A stretch of DNA of 64,000 nucleotides, taken from assembly GCA_038087875.1 (NCBI GenBank), contig CM075996.1, positions 868,001 through 932,000 of the forward strand, in the 5' to 3' direction. The notes below the pieces were generated by a model, which did no database searches, was not told the origin of the DNA, and saw nothing but the letters and a program-made list of their open reading frames with translations. Source of the DNA: Malacoraja senta. Taxonomy: Eukaryota. The position numbers and the translations under genes are program-made. How positions within the stretch are numbered: the stretch's first letter is position 1; each line of letters opens with the position of its first letter. Positions 24,786-37,445 of the stretch are shown one piece after another.

Positions 24786-27219
24786 ACATTTCGTGTTCGA
24801 CTTTTATTCTTTCATCTACATTACACTGTACAGTTAATGTTGCTGACCCCTCCCTCCTGGGGAATCCTGGAGACTCCAGTTGAAGGTTCATCTCCAGGAC
24901 CCTGCTGCCAGAAATGAGAAGATTCTCTTCAAGTCTTTTATGTATTGGCTGTAAAAATGTTGGAACTGGGAAAGGATTTGCTGTTTGGTTTGAAGCTAAG
25001 GATACTTTTCTTGGAGAGCTGCTATGGTTTCTAATTTGCCTTAGCAAAGTCAGAAGTCCTCAAGTCAAATCTTGGGTGACCAGAGGTGGGAGGTGGGAAT
25101 GGTGCTGTTTGAATAGGAGAGGTCTATTACTAAAGTCAGAGTCTTACAGTGTGGGAACAGGCCAACAGTCCCAGCTACACTAGCCCCACCTGCCTGCGTT
25201 TAGCCCATATCCCTCTAAACCTATCCTATCCATGTACCTGTCCAAATGTCTCTAAAATGTTATGATCGTTCCTGCCCCAACTACCTCCTCTGGCAGCTTG
25301 TTCCGTACACCCACTACCCTATGCGTAAAAGTTACCTCTCACTATTCCTATTAAATATTTTCCCCTTCACCTTAAACCTGTCCTCTTGGTTTAGATAGAT
25401 TGGGATCCCTAATGTTTGGGTGGCCTGGGTGAATCTTTCTTTCCTGCCTCCCCAACATTTCCACAGTTGGCAGCATTGGGCAATTTTCCATGAAAGTGAA
25501 GCAGGTTCAAAGTTATATCCAGAGCAATCAACTTCAATAGATTGGGGTAGAAATTGGGTCGAATGTATCTCTTGGTGACTTATTTTGGATAAAAGATGAG
25601 TGCGAGGAGAGGGTTGTCCTAGGTGAAGATCAGATTGGTTTGAAGTATAATGTTGGCCATGAGCATCCTGAGTGGTAATAGGCCTCTGAACTAGTGCAAA
25701 GATAGACACAAAATGCTGGAGTAACTGAGCAAGACAGAGAGCATCTCTGGAGAGAAGGAATGGGTAACATTCAAGACGCTTCTTCAGACAGAGCGGTTTG
25801 AGTGTTGACATTGTCCTTTAGTATTGACCAGTCTCTGAAATGATCGGTGCCATGTGCCTGAGATTTCCCAGATAAACCTCACAACTAATGACCAACAAAC
25901 TTTCAGAATTGAGATGCAACACTCATGTTAGTTGAGGTTTCTTGTCAGTTTAGTTTTTATAAATGGGAAGGTTAGGAAAAATAATTGTTTGAAGTTTAAT
26001 TTTGAGTATGCACCATCTTTAAATACAATTTCTTAGTTTCCCCAGACCTCCTGGTCCTGTTCTAGATGTTAGGAAAAATCTGGCAGTAATTGTAAAATAT
26101 CTCTGTAATGCAGAGAAGTAAAGTACAGTACAAGAGGCCTTCTACATTTGAATTAGACATACATGACGTAGCAGTTGCAAGGATCTTGTGTGAGAGAAAG
26201 CTGCAATTCTACGTGTCAGCGTCAAATGGTTTCCAAAAGATGAGTTAGGAACATACCGAATACATCAGGGACCAACTGTGGAAAGTGTGAGTTGATGTTT
26301 CAGTTGCATGACCTTTTATTTGAACTATGAAAAGTTGGAATCAAATATGTTTTAAATAGTGGAGAGAATAATGGGAATGGTTGTGGTGGTGCTAGGTTTG
26401 AGGATGGTAATGGCTTATTAATCGCAACTTAGAAGAGGAGAAAGGGATGTTGTGCAATATTAAACACAGGTTCAGCCTGTGTGGAGTTTGAACTGTTTCT
26501 GTGTTGTATATCAGTGACTTTAATGTCCAACAATTTTGAACACCAAATGCAGTACACTTAATTGGGAAAGTGCTGTAGAAATATTGTAGTCACAAGCAAG
26601 TGGGAAGAAGAGGTCAGAGGCATCTGCTGCATCGCATGGAAAGATGCAGTGAGCTGGGGAGTAGGCGGTTGTTGCAGATGGAAAGGTGAACCAGGAGAAA
26701 AGAGGAAGATATGACATTGCAATGAAAGTGGCAGAAATTAGATCTGGTGACTGTGGAGGATGGTGGGGTGAAAGATGAAGACAAGGGGAACCCTATCCCC
26801 TTGGGGAGTAACAGTAGACCAGGCAGCATCTCTGGAGAAAATGGATGGGTAACGTTTTGGGTTAAGACCTTTCGGAGGACATGGTGAACAGACCTGTGGA
26901 CAATGGTGGGATGGGAGCCGAACTGCTGTCAGGCATCCCTAGTATGGAATGGGGGATGTAGATGATTTGGACACCAGTTTGAACCGAGAACTGTAAGTGT
27001 TGGAGGACATCACAAATGTCGCAGCTGTAGATGGAAGGAAATTGCATGGGGTAAATTCAGGTTCTTTATTATCACATGTAGCAAGGTGCATTGAAATTCT
27101 TCTCATCAGACAAGACCGGGCTAAAAGATGCGGTTAGTGGGGAGCAAAATGTTGTAGAGGGTCAGGCGGTCTATGTGATGAGAGAGGATGAATCTTTCAC
27201 GTTGATGGTGTTTTAGCAA

Positions 27220-27800
27220 AATGAGGGTCAGTTTGTGGACAGGACGGGAGGGTGTTGGGGAGGGGGGAGGAATGAGGAATGCCGCCAGCTGCGGGGATCC
27301 AGCGGGTCGAGACCCCGAGGTAGCACCTGGCGAAGCGACCCACCCATCCTCCGGGCCGGAGGTAGCGGGCAGCCAGAGCTTTGAGGGGGAGTCGCGCCCC
27401 GGGTGTACTCTGACGCCCGGTTATTGAGCGAGAATAACAAACACGGAATGTGCATGACCGGACGCCCCTGGTTTACCTGGTCCCGGCGCAAGATGGCGGA
27501 CAGCGCCCCTGGCAACGCGGCGCAGGCAGTGACGTCAGCAGAGGAGCCGGCAACCTCTGACCCGGAAGCTGTGGCGCAGTCCCTCGGCGCCCGTTGCTGA
27601 GGAAGGAGTGGGTGTGAGGACGCTGCCGCTGCCGCCGTCATCATGTCGGACAACGAGGACAAGTGAGTGAGCGGGAGGGGGGCGTCGTCTCCGCACCCCT
27701 TGTCCCCGTCCTCAGGAACTCGCCGTCAGCCTGCGCTGTCGCACTTTGCTCCATCTTTAGCGCTGCGGCGTGGAGTTCAGGGGATCAGACTCGCCGGCCC
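27220..27800 (+). promoter_or_regulatory. CpG-island promoter of POLR2F
   Basis: GC/CpG-rich. YY1 motif CAAGATGGCGG (27489-27499), CRE TGACGTCA (27530-27537), ETS-like CCGGAAG (~27562-27568). Immediately upstream of the POLR2F ATG. Confidence 0.85.
27643..27662 (+). CDS. POLR2F: POLR2F (RPB6/RPABC2) exon 1
   Basis: ATG TCG GAC AAC GAG GAC AA|gtgagt, encoding MSDNED(N). Confidence 0.95.
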
Positions 27801-27805
27801 GGCCC

Positions 27806-28023
27806 GCAGCGCCCCCACAGGCCGGGATGAGTCATTATACCGACCCCACAGGCCGGGATGGGTCATTATACCGACCCCGCAGCGCCCCCACAGGCCGGGA
27901 TGGGTCATTATACCGACCCCACAGGCCGGGATGGGTCATTATACCGACCCCGCAGCGCCCCCACAGGCCGGATGGGTCATAATACCGACCCCACAGGCCG
28001 GGATGGGTCATTAAACCGACCCC
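27806..28023. repeat. GC-rich minisatellite: a 73-bp higher-order unit (42+31 bp) x3
   Basis: Six copies of ACAGGCCGGGATGGGTCATTATACCGACCCC; every second copy is preceded by GCAGCGCCCCC. Confidence 0.92.
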
Positions 28024-28249
28024 ACTGGCTGGGGTGGGTAATTGCATTGTAACCTACAGCGCCTCCCTAGCAGGGGCCGAGTAATTGCACTTTTGCAGTG
28101 ACCTTCCCATTGCCTGGGGTGGGTCCTCACAGGGTATAGCCACTGCCCTTCCCGCTGGGTCCAGAGCAGTAGGCCGGGCAGAAGACTGGACACAGGTGGC
28201 AGTGAGTTTTCCAGTTGGTGCAATGGTTTTGCTACCCTGGGGGGCCATG

Positions 28250-28700
28250 GACATGGAAACCGACCCTTTGGCCCAACTTACCTACGCCGATCAACGTGTC
28301 CCATCCCACCTGCCTGTATTTGGCCCATATCCCGTCAAACTTGCCCTATCCATGTACCTGTCTAAATGTATCTTAAATGTTATGATAGAACCTGCCTTAA
28401 CTACCTCTTCCGGCAGTGCGTTCCATATACCTACCACCCTTTGTGTAATAAAGTTACCCCTTGGGTTGCTATTAAATCTTCCCCCCTTCATCTTAAACCT
28501 ATGTCCTCTGGTTCTCAATTCCCCTAATCTGGGTAAGAGACTCTGCATTTACCCGAACTATTCCTCTCGTGATCTTGTTTACCTCTATAAGATCACTCCT
28601 CATTCTCCTGTGCTCCAAGGAATAAAGTCCTAGCCTGCTCAACCTTCCCCCCACAGCTCAGGCCCTCGAGTCTGGCAACATCCTTGTAAATCTTCTCCGG
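28250..28700 (-). mobile_element. CR1-like LINE 3' fragment in POLR2F intron 1
   Basis: RTRGHRFKMKGGRFNSNPRGNFITQRVVGIWNALPEEVV. Confidence 0.8.
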
Positions 28701-28978
28701 TGTGGATGTAGAGTTGGAGGGGGTTCCCTGGGACACGGTGCAGGAGTTGTGAAGCTTCAGTGATCATGCAACGAGGTCCAGATGCAGCTGCCAGTGTGAA
28801 CGACATCAGGTGGCTTTGCCCACATGCCAAGCTGCTGTTTACAATTAAAACAAAAAATACTGGAAATGCTCAGCAGATAACGCTGCGTCTGTGGAGAGAG
28901 AAACAGTAATGTTTCAGATCAGTGACCTTTCAACAGAATTGATCTTTATTTAGCTGCCTCCCCTTTCTCCAATTCCAG

Positions 28979-29048
28979 TTTCGATGGGGATGATTTCGAC
29001 GATGCAGATGAAGATGAAGCGATGGATGACTTGGATAACGTGGAGGAG
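28979..29048 (+). CDS. POLR2F: POLR2F exon 2
   Basis: tccag| ... |gtgaga. Encodes (N)FDGDDFDDADEDEAMDDLDNVEE. Confidence 0.96.
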
Positions 29049-30053
29049 GTGAGAGACGATACTGATGTCCCTCCCGCTGAGTGTAACAACCAGGCCTCTG
29101 TTCGCCTTCAATCTGGGCTCAGTGCCACTTCCCAGTCTGGAGTGGAATTGAGCAACATGTGAGAAAGGATAGGATACAGGAAAGAGGGTGGGTGAGAGTA
29201 GCATGGACTGGATGGGCTGAATGGCCTACTGTCATGATATGGAGCTCCTTTTGTTTGATGTCAGCGATCAACTCTTTACACAGGGTGATGAGGGGCCTAG
29301 AACGTACTGCCAGGGTGGTGATGGATGTAGAAACGATCGTGGCATTTAAGAGGCGTTTACATAGGCACATGGATGGATGTATATTTGCATGTTAATGTCT
29401 CAGTTTGATCACCTTTTGTCAGGGTTTAGAAAGCAAGTGTGCAACAAAGAGGAAAGATGAGGAGAAAAAAGGGAATATCTGTGTGGGGGAAGAGCCCAAA
29501 GCAAACCGAATGACAGATCTATTTTGGCTGGGAGAGGGTTGGGATTTGTTGATGGCTGTTAGTTAACCTGCCCAGAGGAGGAATAAATAGAGGGATTTGG
29601 GGAGGGAAGAGAAACGTGGGGCTGTCTGATACAACACAAAGTATTGTGTAGGAAGGAACTGCAGATACTGGTTTATACTTAAGATAGACACAAAGCGCTG
29701 GAGCAACTTCAGACTGAAGAAGGGTTTCTGACCCGAAATATCACCTATTCCTTTTCTCCAGAGATGCTGCCCGACCCGCTGAGTTGCTCCAGCATTTTGT
29801 TTATTTTGTGTATCTTCAGAGCAGAATATTGCTGGCTATGTATAGGAAATGGTTCTGAGAAACCCCAGCCCAATTTTTGATTGTGGCGATTAAATTAATT
29901 ATTTTTTTACCTGAGAATTGCTCCTTTGGACCCATTTTACTGCTTTAGCTGTTAAAAACAAATCCATGTCTTCCAGAGAAACTGCCTGAGCCAGCTGAGT
30001 TGCTCCAGCACTATGTGTCAGCTTTTTCCTCCATGTCCTGAGCTGTTTTTCAG

Positions 30054-30184
30054 GAAGACCGCGAGAACGTGGAGATTCTCCCCGCGGCGGACGGGCAGCA
30101 GGCCAATCAGAAGAGGATCACCACGTCCTACATGACCAAGTACGAGAGGGCTCGAGTACTGGGAACGCGGGCGCTCCAGATAGC
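30054..30184 (+). CDS. POLR2F: POLR2F exon 3
   Basis: ttcag| ... |gtgagt. Encodes [43 protein letters not shown](A), the RPB6 signature. Confidence 0.98.
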
Positions 30185-30513
30185 GTGAGTACAGCCGCCG
30201 CCTCACTGTACACTGAACGGTTGGCCATACTCTCTTGCTAGGACACTTTAGTCACAGAGGCAGGCAGCAAGGAACAGGCCCTTCATGCATCCTCAATAAG
30301 GATTGTAATATCGTTTTACAGTAGTTCATTTACTATATTTGTTTGTCTTGTATTATGGTGGTGGGTTTTATTTTGATTTATTTCATCCTGTAAATATAAT
30401 TGTAAATAATTGATTAAATAATTTTTTGGTTAAAAAACAAAACAGACCCTTCAGGACTAATCAAGCACCCGTTTACATTAAAGCTAAGGTATTCTTGGTC
30501 CACTGAGGCCTAA

Positions 30514-30890
30514 GGGATCTCCCACTTGCCATCCATTTCAACTCTCCTTCCCGTTCCCACACTGACCTTTCTGTCCTAGGCCTCTTCCATTGCCAGAGTG
30601 TGGCCACATAAATTGGAGGAACAGCCCCTCATATTTTGCCTGGATAACTTACAAGCCAGCGGTATGACTGTTGAATTCTCTAATTTTAAGTAACTTCTAC
30701 CAACACTCCCTTTCCCAACCTCCTTGCTCCCTTCCTCCACTCATTTAACTAGTTCCACAGTTCACCACATTGTTTCCCACTTGAGATCACACCTTCCCTG
30801 GCCAACGATGGGCCGAACAGAGCACCACCCTGCCCGAGGTCATTTGTTCTTGGTCCTGGTCTTTTCTTGTATCCACTTCCATCTGGAATT
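30514..30890 (+). mobile_element. Penelope-like fragment (GIY-YIG C-terminus and 3' region)
   Basis: Nucleotide similarity to 62610-62790 (gatctccc...cattttaattctccttcccattcc...gaattctct). Confidence 0.75.
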
Positions 30891-30954
30891 TAAGCCGCAG
30901 GTGAGAAAGGTTGGGAGCCACGTCTATGGCAGGGCTAGAGCTAAGGTTAGAGAA

Positions 30955-31215
30955 AGAGTACGGAATCAGGCCCTTCGGCCCACCGAGTCCGGCCAACCAG
31001 CAATCCCCGCGCACTAACACTATCCTCCACACACTAGGAACAATTTATAATTTTACCAAGCCAATTAGCCTACAAACCTGTACATCTGTGGAGTGTGGGA
31101 GGAAACCAGAGTTCCAGAGAAAAGTCACGGGGAGAAAGTACAAACTCCGTACAGATCACCCGTGGTCAGGATCGAACCCAAGTCTCTGGCGGTGTAAGGC
31201 AGCAACTCTTACCAC
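30955..31215 (-). mobile_element. tRNA-derived SINE
   Basis: Reverse complement of the family consensus. Confidence 0.75.
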
Positions 31216-31218
31216 TGA

Positions 31219-31377
<159 letters not shown>

Positions 31378-31714
31378 TAAGTCCCAGCATCAGTGCTTGG
31401 CCGCCATTCCTTTCCCTCCCTGCTTTGCAATTAATGACTCATTAGATTATTTAGCTCTTTAACCAGAGGGTGGTGAATCTGGTATTCATTGCCACAGACG
31501 GCTGTGGAGGCTGTCATTGGGTATTTCTAAGGCGGAGATTGATATGTTCTTGATTAGTAAATGTGTCAAAGGTTACTGGGAGAAGGCAGGAGAATGGGGA
31601 TGAAGGAGAAAAATAGATCAGCCATGATCGAATGGCGGAGTAGACTCGATGAGACGAATGAGCTACTTCTGCTCCTATGACATGAATATACTGCAGAATT
31701 TCGCCAGCGATCTC

Positions 31715-31930
31715 CTGTACACTAGTTCTATCCTACAACTGGGAACAATTTACAGAAGCCAATTAACCTGCATATCTTTGGAATGTGGGAGGAAACCAGA
31801 GCACCTGGAGAAAACCCACGGGGTTCTAGGGAGAACGTTCAAACTCCGTACAGACAGCACCCGTAATCAGGATCAAACCTGGGTTTCTGGCGCTGTGAGG
31901 CAGCAACTACCGCTGCGCCACTGTGCCGCT
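31715..31930 (-). mobile_element. tRNA-derived SINE
   Basis: Reverse complement of the family consensus. Confidence 0.75.
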
Positions 31931-32956
31931 CACTATCATAGTGTCTTACACCAAGGCTGTGTGGTATCAACCAGCTGTGGTTCGAGAAGGTCCATCACAT
32001 TTTCCTGGGCAGTGGGCATGTTCCAGAATTGAATTGTTCAAGGATGCGGCAGTGAACTGATTACCATTGGCTTTGCCCTTTGCATTGTGCTCTATGTCGG
32101 AATACCTTGTTTTTTGGATAGTGGGACACTTCGTTCCAAAGGGGTGGTTGGACTGGAGCCTTTCAGCCTCCTGTGCATGAAGCAATGATTCAGTTAGCCC
32201 CACCTCCCCTGATTTTCCCCAGAGCTGCTCAATGGCTCATCAGTCAGAGCAGCTGCAGGCCTGACCTGACGTTGCGTTTACACCCAGCCAGCAGGAGGCA
32301 CTGGTGTGGGAGGTTATCACTGAAATACCCATCGGCCACATTGCAAAGTGAAAGATGGAGACACAAGAGACTGCAGATGCCGGATTCTTGAGCAAAAAAA
32401 CAAAGTGCTGGAGGAACTCAGCAATCTGGCAGCATCTGTGGAGGGAAATGGACAAGAGGGCGTTTTGTGTTGGGACCCCACCTCAGACTGTCTGACGGTG
32501 TCCATACCAGAAATGTCCTCTGTCCATTTGCCTCCATTGATGCTGCCTGACCTGCTGAGCCCCTCACTCAATTCCTGCAGCTCTTTGTTTTTGCAAAGTA
32601 AAAGATGTCTTGTTCACGAAACAAGATGTTGCATGAAAACTGGAGGATTACTTTAATCTAAAGCTATTGTAAATATCACGTTAGAGACGAGGATCTGGAA
32701 GCAGGCGGAGGGTCCAGATTGCAACAACCTGTCGTGTAAAAGTAATTTCCTGTCAGCTCGCCTGTGAGCGTTTCGACAATTATCTTAAACCTCAAAGCTG
32801 ACCTTTCAACAAAAGCAGTTTCCCCATATCCTCTTGATTTTCTTACACCACTGCCAAACTTGACCTTCTCTGCTCCATGAAGGAGAATGTATTTGTTACA
32901 TAGTTCTTTATTTAACTGCACTCACTGCTCACCGATTTTGTTCAACTATTTCCTAA

Positions 32957-33073
<117 letters not shown>

Positions 33074-33154
33074 CCATTGCCTTCCCATCAATCACTTTGC
33101 ACACGTTTTCACTATTTAAATGTAGTTATATTTTTAATTCTACACATTTTATAA

Positions 33155-33160
33155 AATAAA
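33155..33160 (+). terminator. POLR2F polyadenylation signal
   Basis: AATAAA ~80 nt after the stop codon, followed by U/GU-rich sequence. Confidence 0.75.
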
Positions 33161-34631
33161 CTATGATTTCTGTTGACTCTTCTGCAAAGCAAATAAATCA
33201 GCAGATGCTGGAATCTCACCAAAACAGAAATGTTGGGAGAACTCAGCTGGGACAGTGAGATGGAGGCTCCATGATCTCTATCTGAATAATCTGGGCGAAC
33301 AGTCTTGGACCTTTATCAACAGAAGTGTAGAATAAAAAGGAAGTGAAATCATACTGAACCTTTTTAAAGCATTGGGCCAGTCTCAGTTATTCTGGGAGAG
33401 TTTGATGGGACAGCTCTTCCTATCGGAGAGAGCTTTAGTCTGTCTCCTGTCTCCAATCTGACAGTCATAGCCGTACAGTATGGAAACAGGCCCTTTGGCC
33501 CAACTTGCCCATGCCGACCAAGGTGCCCCATCTACACTAGTCCCACCTGCCTGCTTTTGGCCCATATATCTATAAATCTTTCCTATTGAGGTACCTGTCC
33601 AATGCCTTTTGATGCCTTGAGACGATGGATGCTTGTAGCATGTGTCTTCTGCCTGGGTGTCTATATTGCAGCAGTCTATTTACAGGGTGCAATGGAGCTC
33701 AAAACAAGCCTTGTCCTCTGTTCAATAGCTCACACAATCTGTGCCGATGGGATTTTCTATAAACGTTAAGGCAGCCCCCAGCAAAATTTGTAGGAGCCTT
33801 GATCAACAACTATTTTTCACAACCGATGGTGTTGAGATAAATGCCGGTGAGACACGTTTTGCCATTGGCCCTGGTTTGGATCTAGTTGTCAAATTCCAAA
33901 TTGCTCTTCTTGGCGCCCTCCAGTGGCCACCGGGTGGTACTGTCCTGGCTGCCTCTGGCCAGCAACACACAATAGAACTTGGGAGCAAAATTAGGCCATT
34001 CGGCCCATCGAGTCTGCTCCGCACCTTGTTCCCAATCACAGCAGCAACCTCCGTGGATGACCAGGCGTGAAATAGGACCAGCTGCCCAAATATCGCAGCG
34101 GTATCGGCGCTTATCCTGGGTTCTCGAGCAACATATTCCCTTCTAAGTGTCCTTTCAAATAGCACTAGATACACGAGTATGACATTCTAGGCCAATAGTT
34201 CCCTTTGCCAAATTATAATCACGCCTCACCTTGTAACCTGCCTGCCAATGTGGAGCATCTGTAACAAAAACACAAATCCAGTCAGTTTTACATTTTATAA
34301 GGAGTATGAGGGAACGTGGTTATTAAGTTGTTGGGCGTATCAAAAGGCCAGACTATTGATATTAGATTCAGGATTTTGAATCCCCCCCTCCTCCCACATG
34401 AGATGAGAAATATTAATTTAATTAAACAAAATCTGCATTAAATTTCCAGAAATTCATGAAAAAATGCAGCTTGGTGTAAAAGCACAGTAATGTGAGCAGA
34501 GTGGCGTGCAGTATACACGTGTGGCCACAAAGAAGATCAATGTATAAACAAGGAACTGCAGATGCTTGTTTGCCTAAAAAGAAACATAGTGCTAGAGTCA
34601 CTCAGCGGGCCAGGCAGCATTTCTGGAGAAC

Positions 34632-35302
34632 ATGCAGGTACATCAGGCAGTGAAGAAAGCGAATGGCATGTTGGCCTTCATAACAAGAGGAATCGAATAT
34701 AGCAGCAAAGAGGTCCTTCTGCAGTTGTACAGGGCCCTAGTGAGACCACACCTGCAGGATTGTGTGCAGTTTTGGTCCCCTAATTTGAGGAAGGACATTC
34801 TTGCTATTGAGGGAGTGCAGCGTAGGTTTACAAGGTTAATTCCCGGGATGGCGGGACTGTCATATGCTGAGAGAATGGAGCAGCTGGGCTTGTACACTGG
34901 AGTTTAGAAGGATGAGAGGGAATCTCATTGAAACATATAAGATTGTTAAGGGCTTGGACACGCTAGAGGCAGGAAACATGTTCCCGATGTTGGGGGTGTC
35001 CAGAACGAGGGGCCAGTTTAAGAATAAGGAGTAAGCCATTTAGAACGGAGACGAGGAAACACTTTTTCTCACAGAGAGTGGTGAGTCTGTGGAATTCTCT
35101 GCCTCAGAGGACGGTGGAGGCAGGTTCTCTGGATGCTTTCAAGAGAGAGCTAGATAGGGCTCTTAAAAATAGAGGAGTCAGGGGATATGGGGAGAAGGCA
35201 GGAACGGGGATAGTGATTGGGGATGATCAGCCATGATCACGTTGAATGGCGGTGCTGGCTCGAAGGGCCGAATGGCCTATTCCTGCACCTATTGTCTATT
35301 GT
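34632..35302 (+). mobile_element. CR1-clade LINE 3' fragment (young)
   Basis: KKANGMLAFITRGIEYSSKEVLLQLYRALVRPHL..CVQFWSP (RT C-terminus) and a (CTATTGT)n tail. Confidence 0.9.
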
Positions 35303-35999
35303 GGCGCTTCAGATTAGGACCCTTAAGACTGATTATGTTGGGGCTGGAGGGGGAAGAGTGGATAGACAGGACAAAGCCTGGGAAATGATAGGTGGAAACA
35401 GATGAAGATGATCGGGGGGAGGGGGGAGGGGTTGTAGGTAGATGGTTGCACGAAGACTAGAGATGAAAAGATATGAGATTGGCCTCACTTCCCTGGTTGT
35501 CAACTTTATGCATTTACAACCAAACTCTACAACCCAGTTTACTTTCTATTCATGACCTTGCTAACTTGTAAAAGGAGGCCACTCAACTCATAGATTATGC
35601 TAGCACTCCCTATGCTGGCAATCCCATTCCTCCACATTTCCCTGTAACCATTTGTATCTCACAGGCCCATCAATTCCATCCGATTGTCACTCCACCCACC
35701 TACAAGTTACAGCGGGCAATTAAATCATCAACCCACACACTTTTGGGATGTGGGAGGAAATCAGAGCAACTGGAGGATTCATGCAGATAGAATGTGCAAA
35801 CTTCACACATGCAACAGCCGGGGTCAGGATTGTATGAAGGTCGCTGAAGCAGTGAGTCAGTTTCACCACTGCTGCACCACTGAACATCTTCAGACTTCAA
35901 AATGTCCTTATGCGAATCAGAACGGGCGGGGTGGTCGTTGTGTCGGTTGGTACGATCGCATTCTAGGTGGAAATATCAAAGAATGATGTGGTGCATGTG

Positions 36000-36550
36000 A
36001 AGGCTGAGCACCAAGAGGACACTCCCTCTATTCTGTCTAGGAGAGGTGAGGTGAAAGCAAATATGGGATGTGAGCAAGGGCTCCAGCAATCACAGTGACG
36101 GAGGGGATGGGGGAAGCCCTGTTTCCTAGAGAAGGAGGACATCTCTAATGTCCTGGAAGGTCTCATCTGATGCGGCGGAAGCGGTGAAACCGAGGGAAAG
36201 GGGTGGCATTCTTACAAGGGACAAGGTGGGGAAGGTGGGGGGGGAGGTATAGTTCAGGTGGCTGTGGGAGTCCTTGGGTTTGTAGTAGATATCAGTGGAT
36301 AGTTTGTCTCCCAAGATGGAGACTGAGAGATGATGAAATGAGAGATGATGCACCTATTTTCTATGTTTCTGCACCTATTTTCTATGTTTCTGCACCTATT
36401 TTCTATGTTTCTGCACCTATTTTCTATGTTTCTGCACCTATTTTCTATGTTTCTATGAAAGGGGGGGGGGGGGGGAAGAGGTGTCAGAAATGGTCCATGA
36501 ATTTGAGGGCAGGGTGGACATTGATGAAATCGATGAGTTCAACCAGGTAG
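36000..36550 (-). mobile_element. Penelope-like RT fragment interrupted by a tandem array
   Basis: Minus-strand translation SILGDKLSTDIYYKPKDSHSHLNYTS, homologous to the ORF at ~61.9 kb. Confidence 0.75.
36349..36457. repeat. 21-bp tandem repeat x5 (TGCACCTATTTTCTATGTTTC)
   Basis: Seen directly in the sequence. Confidence 0.92.
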
Positions 36551-36769
36551 GGGGGTCAGTCTGCCAAACCGTGATGGCACTGCCCTAGTCTGTAGGTTAG
36601 ATAATGAGGTTGGGATTGGCACAGAGTGAGTGGAGGGCAGTGCCATCCGTGTGGGTGAGGTTGGAGTTGGTGAGGGAAGTACAAACTCATCAGGAAGGCT
36701 GGCTCCGTCCTGGGGGCGGAGTTGGATTCATGGGAGGTGGTCTTGGAGGGGAGGATGCTCCTCAAACTG

Positions 36770-37093
36770 CGGAGCTTCCTGGATAATCCAGCTCACCCCC
36801 TCCATGACACACATTGGTCAACCTGAGGAGCACCTTCAGCAACAGACTGGTTCCACCAAGATGCAGCACAGAACGCCACAGGAGATCCTTCTTCCCTGTG
36901 GCTATCAAACTGTACAACTCCTCCCCCTTCTGTCGTGGGGTAAACTGACTCCTCCCCCCACCCCCCCAATCTTTGCACATCCCCAATCCTTTCCACTCGT
37001 CACTTTAATTTCATGTTTCATGTATTTTATGTTTTTATAACTGTCATCAGATCAATTTCCCTCCCGGGATAAATAAAGTTCTATCGTATCGTA
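36770..37093 (+). mobile_element. Rex1/Babar-like LINE 3' end
   Basis: HPLHDTLVNLRSTFSNRLVPPRCSTERHRRSFFPVAIKLYNSS, followed by an AATAAAGTTCTATCGTATCGTA tail. Confidence 0.7.
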
Positions 37094-37151
37094 AATGGAG
37101 AAGTCAATACATCAGACTGGTATGTTGTGATCTGTGCTATCAACTCATCAG

Positions 37152-37445
37152 GCGGCATGGTGGTGCAGTGATAGAGTTGCTGCCTTACGCGCCAGAGACC
37201 CGGGTTCGATCCTGACTACGGGTGTTGTCTGTACCGAGTTTGTACGTCCTCCCTTTGACCGCTTGGATTTTTCTGAGTGCTCTGGTTTCCTCCCACATCC
37301 TAAAGAAGTGCAGGTTTGTAGATTCTTCAATTGACTTCTGTAAATTGTAAATTGTCCTTAGTGTGTAGGATAGTGCTAGTGTACGGGGTGATCACTGGTT
37401 GATGCGAACTCGGTGGGCCGAAGGGCCAGTTTACATTCTGTACAT
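37152..37445 (+). mobile_element. tRNA-derived SINE
   Basis: A/B boxes and family core. Confidence 0.78.

Noticed and set aside
25332-25811. 159-aa minus-strand ORF as a possible C22orf23 or novel gene
   Set aside because: Both ends lie in repeats (a PLE arm and a CR1 fragment), and I see no similarity to any protein I recognise.
27403-27600. ORF containing AAGATGGCGG (MADSAPG...) upstream of POLR2F
   Set aside because: The ATG lies in a YY1 motif within the promoter, probably upstream of the TSS, and the product is not recognisable.
27806-28023. CRISPR-like array of hairpin repeats
   Set aside because: No unique spacers and a eukaryotic intronic context; it is a minisatellite.
28085-28633. 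182-aa plus-strand ORF in POLR2F intron 1
   Set aside because: Largely the antisense strand of a CR1 fragment.
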